Below are positions 1 to 7,772 of a DNA stretch of 64,000 nt, one piece after another (positions within the stretch are counted from its first letter, which is position 1; each line of letters begins with the position of its first letter). Position numbers and translations under genes: made by a program. The notes below the pieces were generated by a model. It was given only the letters and a program-made list of their open reading frames with translations, did no database searches and had not been told where the DNA came from. The stretch lies in contig OZ241362.1 of the NCBI GenBank assembly GCA_965200315.1, forward strand, positions 3,904,001 to 3,968,000, written 5' to 3'. The DNA is from Candidatus Latescibacterota bacterium (lineage in GTDB: Bacteria; Latescibacterota; UBA2968; UBA8231).

Positions 1-1115
1 TTCAAGAGAATACGGCGTTCAAACAGCGTCTGTTCCCTTCGATATTTCGGCCGAATTCTTGCCCGATCTCTTACGCAAACCCGACGCCCAACTCCGCTCG
101 GCCAGCGCAGAGAAACCCACAGAATCGGCAAGTTTTGCCAACATACTCTACCGCAGTCCGATCATGGCGCGTTTGGTCAAAAAAGCGCAGCGAGTCGCAG
201 TGCGGAACGTTCCCGTTTTGCTCGAAGGCGAATCCGGCACCGGGAAAGAGCTTTTTGCCCGCGCCATTCACAAAGACAGTCTGCGAAAGAATAAACCGTT
301 TATCGCGGTAAACTGCGGTGCAATTCCGCCAAGTCTCGTAGAATCCGAACTGTTTGGACATGAAAAAGGCGCGTTTACCGGCGCAAATGCGCCGGCGCAA
401 AGGTCATTTTGAAGCGGCCAATAGTGGGACGCTCTTTTTGGATGAAATCGGCGAGTTGCCCAAAGACATGCAGGTCAAATTGTTGCGCGTCCTCCAAGAG
501 GGCGAGGTCGTCCGCCTCGGTGCATCCGAACCTATTTCCGTAAATGTACGCATTGTGGTGGCAACTAACCGGAATCTCGTGGAGGAAGTGCGCGAAGGAC
601 GATTTCGCGAGGACTTGTTTTATCGGATTGCCGTGGCCTATCTCAAAGTGCCGCCCTTGCGGGACCGCGAGGGAGATGTGGGGCGGCTGATTGACCATTT
701 GGTTGAACAGATCAACCAAGAAAACGAAAAACAGTCCGGACAGCCCGGCTATAAACGTAAAGAAATTTCCGCTGGAGCAAGAAATCTTCTTCTAAATCAC
801 TCTTGGCCGGGCAATATACGCGAATTGCAAAACACACTGAGACGCGCCATGGTGTGGGCCGACGGCGAAATGCTCGACAAACAAGATATTGAAGAGGCAC
901 TCTTGCCCCCTTACGACAAGGGCGGCGATATACTGAACCGCCCATTAGGTGGGGGATTTAGTCTAGAAGAGCTCCTTGGCGAAGTGGCCAGACACTATCT
1001 TCAGCGTGCCAACCAAGCGGCTGCGACGAAAAAGAAAGCGGCTGAACTAGTGGGAGCAACGAGTCCGCAGACATTTACCAACTGGCTGGCGAAGTACAAG
1101 GTGGAATGGACGTGA
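1..1115 (+). pseudogene. Sigma54-dependent enhancer-binding protein (AAA+ plus C-terminal HTH), 5'-truncated by the window and split by a +1 frameshift near 392
   Basis: Frame 2 is open from base 2 ([22 protein letters not shown]...) with Walker A GESGTGKE and [12 protein letters not shown]. It continues in the 354..1115 frame with [40 protein letters not shown] and the HTH KKAAELVG...TFTNWLAKY. Removing one base at about 392 gives the canonical [17 protein letters not shown] spacing. A sequencing error is possible. Confidence 0.88.
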
Positions 1116-1156
1116 GGTTTGGGGCAGGCCCTAGTTGTGCCGGCTTTACTCGCAAC

Positions 1157-1188
1157 GGTGAGTATCGAGTGATACTCACCATTTTTTT
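1157..1188 (+). terminator. Rho-independent terminator of the enhancer-binding protein gene
   Basis: GGTGAGTATC-gagt-GATACTCACC perfect 10-bp stem followed by ATTTTTTT. Confidence 0.85.
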
Positions 1189-1206
1189 GTCTGATAAGTA
1201 ACCTCA

Positions 1207-1262
1207 CCTAGGTGCGCGAGCGTTCTGCCCCCTGTGCAAGCCTCTGGCTCGCGCACCCAAGG
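1207..1262. repeat. REP-like inverted repeat
   Basis: GGTGCGCGAGC (1211-1221) and GCTCGCGCACC (1247-1257) are perfect inverted copies. The arm resembles the GGTGCGCGGGCGTC repeats at 60899-60956. Confidence 0.55.
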
Positions 1263-1488
1263 GCAGGAGAAAAGACCGGCATGTAGAGCAGGCGTCGTGT
1301 ACTTAGGTCTGGAAAACTAATTTGATAGACCGAAATCATCTAAAAAATTACGCTGACGCAAAAAAATTTACGTTCAATCACCGCCTCGATCTGAATTAGC
1401 GAAGAGGCCAGCGCGTTTCGGGCGTGAAGATTGGCACAAAACAAGGAAAAGTTGCCAAAGATCGAAAAAAATCAGGTTCAACTCGAAT

Positions 1489-1504
1489 TGGCACGGTATT
1501 TGCG
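1489..1504 (+). promoter_or_regulatory. Sigma54 (RpoN) -24/-12 promoter
   Basis: TGGCACG-GTAT-TTGC, with GG(1490-1491)-N10-GC(1502-1503), matches the TGGCACG-N4-TTGC consensus. It lies about 370 bp downstream of an enhancer-binding protein gene. Confidence 0.85.
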
Positions 1505-1560
1505 AGTAAATAGCGCGTAAACCAACTCCTAACTCTCAAATAGAAAGGAGGTAATCAATT

Positions 1561-1632
1561 ATGTGGCCAGCCATATTCCTCACATTGTTTATATATGCCG
1601 GCGAACGCATCATCGACAAGATCCTTGATTAG
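1561..1632 (+). CDS. Small hydrophobic peptide, 23 aa (MWPAIFLTLFIYAGERIIDKILD)
   Basis: Hand-translated. Strong SD AGAAAGGAGG about 9 nt before the ATG; first ORF after the sigma54 promoter. Confidence 0.65.
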   Translation: MWPAIFLTLFIYAGERIIDKILD

Positions 1633-1660
1633 CGGCTTTATAGCGTAGAGCTCAACATCT

Positions 1661-1690
1661 CGCAGGGCAGCACCAACTCGTTGCCCTGCG
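1661..1690 (+). other. Intercistronic RNA hairpin
   Basis: CGCAGGGCAGC-accaactc-GTTGCCCTGCG (one G-U pair), no U tail. Confidence 0.6.
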
Positions 1691-1730
1691 ATGATTCATC
1701 CCTTTAAGCCTCAATAGAAAGGAGCCGATA

Positions 1731-1889
1731 ATGGCGCGAAGAATTCGCAGCGACGCACGAATAAGAACCGTCGAGAAGAAGCTGGGCATCGGGAACAGCC
1801 TTACGAACCCCAACGGACGAAATGCTCGTTCCGATAAAAAACTTGGGAACCTGCGTAAGAGTTGGGAGAAATCTGGTAGGAAGAAATGA
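1731..1889 (+). CDS. Small basic protein, 52 aa (MARRIRSDARIRTVEKKLGIGNSLTNPNGRNARSDKKLGNLRKSWEKSGRKK)
   Basis: Hand-translated. SD AGAAAGGAG 6 nt before the ATG; internal duplicated RSD...KKLG motif. Confidence 0.75.
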   Translation: MARRIRSDARIRTVEKKLGIGNSLTNPNGRNARSDKKLGNLRKSWEKSGRKK

Positions 1890-1925
1890 GGTATCGCAAA
1901 TACTATAATGAAAGGAGGTGATTCT

Positions 1926-2003
1926 ATGAAAAAATGGCTACCACTTGCTATCCAGATAGCTATTGCCCTGCTAGACAATTGGCCGTCGAAGCGGCACTCG
2001 TAG
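1926..2003 (+). CDS. Small hydrophobic peptide, 25 aa (MKKWLPLAIQIAIALLDNWPSKRHS)
   Basis: Hand-translated. Very strong SD GAAAGGAGGTGA upstream of the ATG. Confidence 0.65.
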   Translation: MKKWLPLAIQIAIALLDNWPSKRHS

Positions 2004-2016
2004 CGTGGGCACTTAT

Positions 2017-2044
2017 CGGGGGCGGGGATTCATGCCCGCCCCCG
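2017..2044 (+). terminator. GC-rich hairpin closing the small-ORF cassette
   Basis: CGGGGGCGGG-gattcatg-CCCGCCCCCG perfect 10-bp stem, with only a weak, displaced U tract. Confidence 0.55.
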
Positions 2045-2055
2045 GGTACAGTTTC

Positions 2056-2084
2056 TTGACAAAGCGGCTAGTTGATTATAGACT
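2056..2084 (+). promoter_or_regulatory. Sigma70-type promoter for the ATPase operon
   Basis: TTGACA (2056-2061)-N17-TAGACT (2079-2084), overlapped by the inverted repeat GCTAGT...ACTAGC. Confidence 0.7.
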
Positions 2085-2116
2085 AGCATTCTTTCCCCTG
2101 AACTTGAGAGAACATC

Positions 2117-3640
2117 ATGGCTCTTACATCTATTACCATAGAAAACTTTAAGTGCATCGGCGACGCCGTGACCATTCCCATCCGCCCGATCACCTTGCTG
2201 TTTGGCAAAAACAGCTCGGGGAAATCGACGGTGTTGCAAGCCCTGTTATATATGCGAGAACGATTTATACCTTTCCATCAAGGCGAGACATTTGGCGTGG
2301 CAATCGCTCCGAGGGATTTGAAACCTATGAAAAACATACCTATTACGCTGGGAGACTTCCCTTCCTTAGTACATCGCCATGATATGAATCGAAAGATCCG
2401 TATCTGTCTTGAATTTGACTTAAAGGGAAAAAAATATGATTCTGTGGAGATAGAATTAGTAGTGGGTTGGGATGAAACAAAACAGATTGATTCTGTTGAG
2501 TCATATACATACACTTTGAATGGTGAAAAATCATTTCATGCTTTGAAAAAATCCCATCCGCTAGCTAAAGATCAGCAACTGAATGAGATAGAGGGTCGTC
2601 ATTATTCTATATCTGACGACAAACACGATGAGGAAGGATATGTATTTTTTTCAAATGGGGATTCTTCAATTATAAAAAAAACAGAAGAGTCCCCCTCAAA
2701 GACGCCTGAATCATACAAGTATAGACCTCGATTGGATTTAAGAGAGTGTCTTAATGACATTATAAAAGAATTAAACGACACTCGGCATATAGGCCCAACC
2801 CGAGAAGTGCCTCCTCGTCATTATATTGCACTCCAAAGGTCTGATGAGTCTCGGTGGGGAACCGGACTGGCAGCTTGGGATGCAATAGCACAAGATGCAG
2901 AATTGGCCAAAAAAGTAAATAGCTATGCTAAAAAGTTAAAACTTGGATACAGTTTCTTGCAGTCAACTAGAGTTTATCTTGATTTGAACGGCGAAATTAT
3001 AGCATATCTAAAGGAAATCTGCTCCTCTGATAAAGATATTAAAGTTAGTAACCTAAAAGAGCACGTTCTCGATCCTCTTGAGTCGCTATCTCGCCAGTAT
3101 CCGGTTCTACTTCAGGATGAAAACAGCAGTATAGAAGTACATCCCTTAGATGTTGGTTCTGGCATTTCTCAAGTCTTTCCGGTTCTCGTAGGTGCGCTAG
3201 ACCATAGTTCTAAAATATTTGCGGTTGAACAGCCGGAGCTTCATATTCATCCTGCTGTTCAAGTGGCATTAGGCGATATGTTTATTGATGGCATACGAAA
3301 TAGCAATCGCCCTATGCTCATCGAAACGCATTCTGAGCACTTGCTGTTGCGACTACTGCGGCGCGTACGTGAGACTAACATTCAAAACGAGAAAAAGTAC
3401 GAATGGAGACAAAGTGAAATGACCCCGCTGGTACGGGAGATGTCAGAGGACGCTATTCGGGACGCAGAAAACCAAAACTCGAAGGCTCACCAATTGACGC
3501 CAGAGGAGTTATCTGTGGTTTATGTTCGACCAACGCCAGAAGGAGTTAAATTCATCCCAATCAGCGTAACGCATGACGGAGACTTCTATGCCCCTTGGCC
3601 AGAAGGCTTCTTCGACGAACGCGTGAAGGAGCTTTTCTAA
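2117..3640 (+). CDS. ABC-type ATPase (AAA_15/AAA_21-like) with DUF3696-like C-terminus
   Basis: Walker A GKNSSGKS, signature VGSGISQ, Walker B/D-loop FAVEQPELHIHP, H-loop IETHSEH, terminal WPEGFFDE. Confidence 0.88.
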   Translation: MALTSITIENFKCIGDAVTIPIRPITLLFGKNSSGKSTVLQALLYMRERFIPFHQGETFGVAIAPRDLKPMKNIPITLGDFPSLVHRHDMNRKIRICLEFDLKGKKYDSVEIELVVGWDETKQIDSVESYTYTLNGEKSFHALKKSHPLAKDQQLNEIEGRHYSISDDKHDEEGYVFFSNGDSSIIKKTEESPSKTPESYKYRPRLDLRECLNDIIKELNDTRHIGPTREVPPRHYIALQRSDESRWGTGLAAWDAIAQDAELAKKVNSYAKKLKLGYSFLQSTRVYLDLNGEIIAYLKEICSSDKDIKVSNLKEHVLDPLESLSRQYPVLLQDENSSIEVHPLDVGSGISQVFPVLVGALDHSSKIFAVEQPELHIHPAVQVALGDMFIDGIRNSNRPMLIETHSEHLLLRLLRRVRETNIQNEKKYEWRQSEMTPLVREMSEDAIRDAENQNSKAHQLTPEELSVVYVRPTPEGVKFIPISVTHDGDFYAPWPEGFFDERVKELF

Positions 3641-3642
3641 TA

Positions 3643-4608
3643 ATGATCTGTGAATACGCCTTGGAGCCAGAACTTGTCGCAACGTGGTACGACGATCTAC
3701 ATTACCACTACTTTATCACACGTTTCGGTTTTGATCCTCAGGATGGTCGCGCAACGGGCCGTGTAGTAACTCAATATCCCAGCAGGAGTTGGAAGAAAAA
3801 AGTCTGGAATGCGTTTAATGCAAACTCTGGACAATCTAACTCCCGAATTGAACGGGGACGGATTACAGAGCTACTGAAACAGTTGGGGACACCAAGTACC
3901 AGTCGTTCCGCCAACACTTGGAAAGATCATCAATCTTGGCTTGAAAATGCTGAACAAGAGAATAAACGTCATCCATTTCATGCGATTTTGGCCCTTGACA
4001 ACCCACGAAACAATCCCCAAGTCGTGCGTGGGAACGATATGATCGAGAAGCCCCCGCCTCCAATTTGGCAGGTGCCTGGTGAAACCCCGATACAGAGTTC
4101 TGCTATTTCAATGGCAACACGCCTCGAGCCAATGCTGCGCTGTGCAACGCGAATACTCTTTATTGATCCATATTTTAGGGCGTCAGAATCGAGATGGCAG
4201 GACCCTTTACAAGAGTTCCTAAAGATCATCTGTGACGGTAGCCGTGAGGTTACACTCGAATACCACGCTTCAGCCAGCTACAAAGGGGCACCGAGTTGGA
4301 AACATTTTTCTAGGGAATGCCGATGTCGTCTTAGCCCTCTCATCCCCCAGGGTTTCACGCTCACTGTCCATCGTTGGGAGAATAGGAATAACGGACAACA
4401 GTTACATAATCGCTATATCCTTACTGACATCGGCGGCGTACTGTTCGGCGCCGGGCTCGCCGAAAGCGCTCCATATGATAAAGATGATATCCACCGCTTA
4501 TCCTATGAAGCCTGGCAGCAACGGTTAAATGATTACGGCAATTCTAATCCTGCATTTGATCCGGATCCGGATGGAGATCCAATAGTTATCAGAGGCACTA
4601 AACCATGA
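3643..4608 (+). CDS. Hypothetical protein with C-terminal PLD-like (MIT_C-type) domain, putative nuclease/effector
   Basis: ATG 2 nt after the ATPase stop. The motifs FIDPYF and LHNRYILTDIGGVLFGAGL resemble the DPY...HDR...GxGL pattern of MIT_C PLD-like domains. Confidence 0.7.
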   Translation: MICEYALEPELVATWYDDLHYHYFITRFGFDPQDGRATGRVVTQYPSRSWKKKVWNAFNANSGQSNSRIERGRITELLKQLGTPSTSRSANTWKDHQSWLENAEQENKRHPFHAILALDNPRNNPQVVRGNDMIEKPPPPIWQVPGETPIQSSAISMATRLEPMLRCATRILFIDPYFRASESRWQDPLQEFLKIICDGSREVTLEYHASASYKGAPSWKHFSRECRCRLSPLIPQGFTLTVHRWENRNNGQQLHNRYILTDIGGVLFGAGLAESAPYDKDDIHRLSYEAWQQRLNDYGNSNPAFDPDPDGDPIVIRGTKP

Positions 4609-4679
4609 GAAAAGAAACAAGAGGCGGGCACATCCATTAAGACTTGTCACGCACAACGGGCTATAAGCGTTAACCCCCC

Positions 4680-5522
4680 TCACCCCCTAAACCCATCCTC
4701 CTCCCCCTCGGCCCGATGCCTGTACAGCAGCTTGACCGCCTCCGGCAGAGCCTCGTAGGCCGCCCGCGGCACAATCGCATTGTTGCGCCCGCCAAATTCC
4801 ACGCTCAACCACCACGGACAATAGCGCGTGATAATAGCCACCCTCGGCTCCGGGCTGGGGTTCGCCGCGGTCGAATGCCAAATTCGGCTGTCCATCACCA
4901 GCGCACTGCCCGCCGGGCCGACGACCTGGATCTCCCCGCGAATCGGCTTGAACTGATCGATCCGCTCTTTTAGCCCTTCGGGCGTCTGGTGCATCCGCGG
5001 ATTGAGCGGGTCGCGGTGGCTGCGCGGCACCACCCACGTCCCGCCCGTCTGCGGGCCAAACGGCGACAACATCCACAACACCGATAGCTGCATGGTCGCG
5101 TCCGGGAAGGGCTGCGCCACCCGGCCGGCAAAGTCCCGGTCGGTCAGGTCGTGTGGCCAATCCGAGTGAAAGCCGCGCCAGTCCAAGTCTTCGCGGTCGG
5201 GCACTTGCGTCTTAAACTCGGTCTGCGCGATCCGCACGTGCCCGCCAAAGACCGCCTGAGCCACCCCCAACAAACGCTCGTCGCCCAAATACGGAGCAAA
5301 CGCCGGCAAATACGCGATCAAGCAAACGCCCGGCTCGCCGTTGGGGCCGGTCTGCCGCCCGATGTGCCCGCCCATAGCCTCGTAGTCCTGCTGCGCCTTT
5401 GCGTGCGCTTCTTGCACGTGCGCCCGCACACGGTCTATGGCGTCCTCTGGAATAATTCGCTCCAAGACGCACCAACCCTCGCGGCGCAATTGATCCACTT
5501 TCTCCTTTATCTCAGCGTCCAT
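4680..5522 (-). CDS. Phytanoyl-CoA dioxygenase (PhyH) family Fe/2OG enzyme
   Basis: FHSDWPH HxD motif, GGTWVVPRSH, DSRIWH distal His; start MDAEIKE with SD GAGAGG. Confidence 0.88.
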   Translation of the reverse strand: MDAEIKEKVDQLRREGWCVLERIIPEDAIDRVRAHVQEAHAKAQQDYEAMGGHIGRQTGPNGEPGVCLIAYLPAFAPYLGDERLLGVAQAVFGGHVRIAQTEFKTQVPDREDLDWRGFHSDWPHDLTDRDFAGRVAQPFPDATMQLSVLWMLSPFGPQTGGTWVVPRSHRDPLNPRMHQTPEGLKERIDQFKPIRGEIQVVGPAGSALVMDSRIWHSTAANPSPEPRVAIITRYCPWWLSVEFGGRNNAIVPRAAYEALPEAVKLLYRHRAEGEEDGFRG

Positions 5523-5613
5523 AAGACCTCTCATTTCCCGGTTGCCGAAGCAGTCACGTACTGCTATACTAGCCACATAGCGAATGTATCCCATCCTTTC
5601 CCCGGCCCTCCTA

Positions 5614-6882
5614 ATGCACATCACCGACATCGAAGTCCACGCCATCTGCCCGCCGTATTGCGACTTCAACGCCCTACAGTTGGCCCGCTACCACGGCGCA
5701 CGCATCCAACGCCGCGCCATCCTCGTCGTCCACACCGACAACGGCCTAGAGGGCCTCGGCGAGACCATCGGCGACGCACCCGACAGCGACGCCTTGCGCG
5801 CCAAATACATCGGAACCTCGCCCTTTGACTGGATCAACGCCGAGCAGGACCTCGCCATGAACATGGCTTGCTACGACCTAATGGGCAAGCACCTCGGCAT
5901 CCCTGTGTGGAAACTGATCGGCCCCAAGGTCCGCTCGTGGATTCCGATCGCCGCTTGGACCGTGGCCCAAGCCCCAGACGCCATGGCCGAAGAAGTGCGC
6001 CAAGCTGCCGCTCGCGGCTATCACTGGATCAAATACCACGTCGATGAAATGCAGGACGTCATCGCCCAAACCGAGGCCATGCAGGAGGCCGCCCCACCCT
6101 ATTTCAAGGTCCACTACGACTTCAACGCCAACAGCAACTACTACACCATGCGCACCATTCTCGCCGAGTTGGTCAAATTCCGCGTCGCCGGGCGCTTTGA
6201 AGACGTAGTCCAAGGCACGGACGAAGATGCCTACCGCATGTTGCGCGAGCAGTGCCCGCTGCCCATCATCGGCCATCACGTCCCGGCCGAAGCCATGACC
6301 AAGCGCTACGTCGATGGAACCATGGCCGGGCACGCTCCCATCGGCAGTGCCGTCAAGCAAGCCGCCATTGCCGAGCGGCTCAACATGCCCCTCATGTACC
6401 AACAGACCGGCGGCACCATCAACCAAGCCTTCTTGGCCCACGAAGTCGCGGTTTTCAAAATGGCCACCATCGACCACGTCAATTGCTGCCACCTGTGGCA
6501 GGAGGACGTGGTCAAAGACCCCATGCCTGTAGTCGACGGCAGCGTCGCCGTGCCCGCCGGACCGGGTTTGGGGGTCGAACTCGATCGCGCACAATTGAAA
6601 AAATTGGCCAGCGCGGCTCCGATCGCTAAAGGCCGCTTCTTGATCCGCATCCACTCCGCAGGCGGTCTCACCGCGTATGTGCGCCACGACCCCGAGCCGA
6701 GCGGCTCTACCGACAATCTGCGCTTCCACGACCGCCTGCACCGCCAAGGTATCCCCGGCCGACCGCCTTCGTACGCCAACCCGCTCACCACTGAATTCTG
6801 GGACGCGGACAAAGACCCCGAGCACTTTGAGGAGCTCTGGCAGGCTACGGCCGACGGCCCTTTATGGAAAGAGGAAGGTTAG
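5614..6882 (+). CDS. Mandelate racemase/muconate lactonizing enzyme (enolase superfamily)
   Basis: TDNGLEGLGE, ACYDLMGKHLGIPVWKLIG, HYDFN, RFED, PAGPGLGVELD. Confidence 0.88.
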   Translation: MHITDIEVHAICPPYCDFNALQLARYHGARIQRRAILVVHTDNGLEGLGETIGDAPDSDALRAKYIGTSPFDWINAEQDLAMNMACYDLMGKHLGIPVWKLIGPKVRSWIPIAAWTVAQAPDAMAEEVRQAAARGYHWIKYHVDEMQDVIAQTEAMQEAAPPYFKVHYDFNANSNYYTMRTILAELVKFRVAGRFEDVVQGTDEDAYRMLREQCPLPIIGHHVPAEAMTKRYVDGTMAGHAPIGSAVKQAAIAERLNMPLMYQQTGGTINQAFLAHEVAVFKMATIDHVNCCHLWQEDVVKDPMPVVDGSVAVPAGPGLGVELDRAQLKKLASAAPIAKGRFLIRIHSAGGLTAYVRHDPEPSGSTDNLRFHDRLHRQGIPGRPPSYANPLTTEFWDADKDPEHFEELWQATADGPLWKEEG

Positions 6883-6884
6883 AG

Positions 6885-7694
6885 ATGAACGAAGACGAAA
6901 AGTATTTCTTCGACCTCAACGGCTACATCGTCGTGCGCAACGTCTTGTCAGCCGAGGACATCGTGCTGGCCAACGAAGCCATTGACCGTCATGCTGATCA
7001 GATCCACGAGCGCACGGGTGAGTTGTCGCTATCGGCCGGTTCCAAGGCGCTCGAAGGCGTCACCGGCCGCGGCGACCTCGGCGGCGCACTCGCATGGCCC
7101 GACCCGCATGGCCGCCCCTTCCGCGACATGCTGGTCAACCCCAAGGTCGTGCCCTATTTGCACGAGATTTTGGGCACCGGCTTCCGCCTCGACCACAACC
7201 TCGGCATCATCACCATGCGCAAAGGGGCCGAGGGCCACCTCCTGCACGGATCGTCTGGCCCCGGCTTTGACCGCCACCAGTATTACATCTTCAAAGACGG
7301 CAAAATGCACAACGGCCTGACCGTAGCCGCCTATCAGCTCGCGGACGTGCGCGAGGGCGACGGGGGCTTGTGCTTGATCCCCGGCAGCCACAAGGGCAAC
7401 TATCCCTGCCCGCTGGCGCTCCGGCGCGGCGAGGCGTACCGCGAGTTCATCAAGCAGATTACCTGCAACGCCGGCGACTGCGTCCTATTCACCGAGGCCA
7501 CCACCCACGGCACCCTGCCTTGGACCGCCGACCACGACCGCCGCACCGCCCTCTTCCGCTTCTCACCGGGCAACCTCGCCTACGTAGCTCATAACTGGCC
7601 CGAAGACATGCTCGCCCTAATGACCGACGAGCAGCGCAAGGTTCTCGAACCACCCTATCACGCACGGCTGGATCGTCCTGTCTTGGGAGTGTAG
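6885..7694 (+). CDS. Phytanoyl-CoA dioxygenase (PhyH) family protein
   Basis: FFDLNGYIVV, GGLCLIPGSHK, AGDCVLFTEATTHGT. Confidence 0.88.
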   Translation: MNEDEKYFFDLNGYIVVRNVLSAEDIVLANEAIDRHADQIHERTGELSLSAGSKALEGVTGRGDLGGALAWPDPHGRPFRDMLVNPKVVPYLHEILGTGFRLDHNLGIITMRKGAEGHLLHGSSGPGFDRHQYYIFKDGKMHNGLTVAAYQLADVREGDGGLCLIPGSHKGNYPCPLALRRGEAYREFIKQITCNAGDCVLFTEATTHGTLPWTADHDRRTALFRFSPGNLAYVAHNWPEDMLALMTDEQRKVLEPPYHARLDRPVLGV

Positions 7695-7772
7695 CTATGT
7701 CCTATTGACGAAGCAATCGTGCCCCTCGCTTAACCCAAACCTTCAACAAAACTCACAGCTAAGGAAGCCTTC

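Noticed and set aside
410-412. TGA ending the 59..412 ORF as a selenocysteine or readthrough codon
   Set aside because: Homology continues in a different frame, so this is a frameshift, not readthrough
1431-1446. Second TTGGCAC as another sigma54 promoter
   Set aside because: No GC at the -12 position (GG-N10-GG)
1904-1909. TATAAT before the third peptide as an internal promoter
   Set aside because: Too close to the SD, so the start site would fall inside it, and there is no -35 element
1652-1978. 108-aa minus-strand ORF over the small-ORF cassette
   Set aside because: No SD or motif; the plus strand has the promoter and three strong RBSs. An antisense RNA here is not excluded.
5878-6825. 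315-aa minus-strand ORF, and similar ones at 13328, 59918 and 62829
   Set aside because: They overlap well-supported genes on the other strand, as is typical of high-GC shadow ORFs
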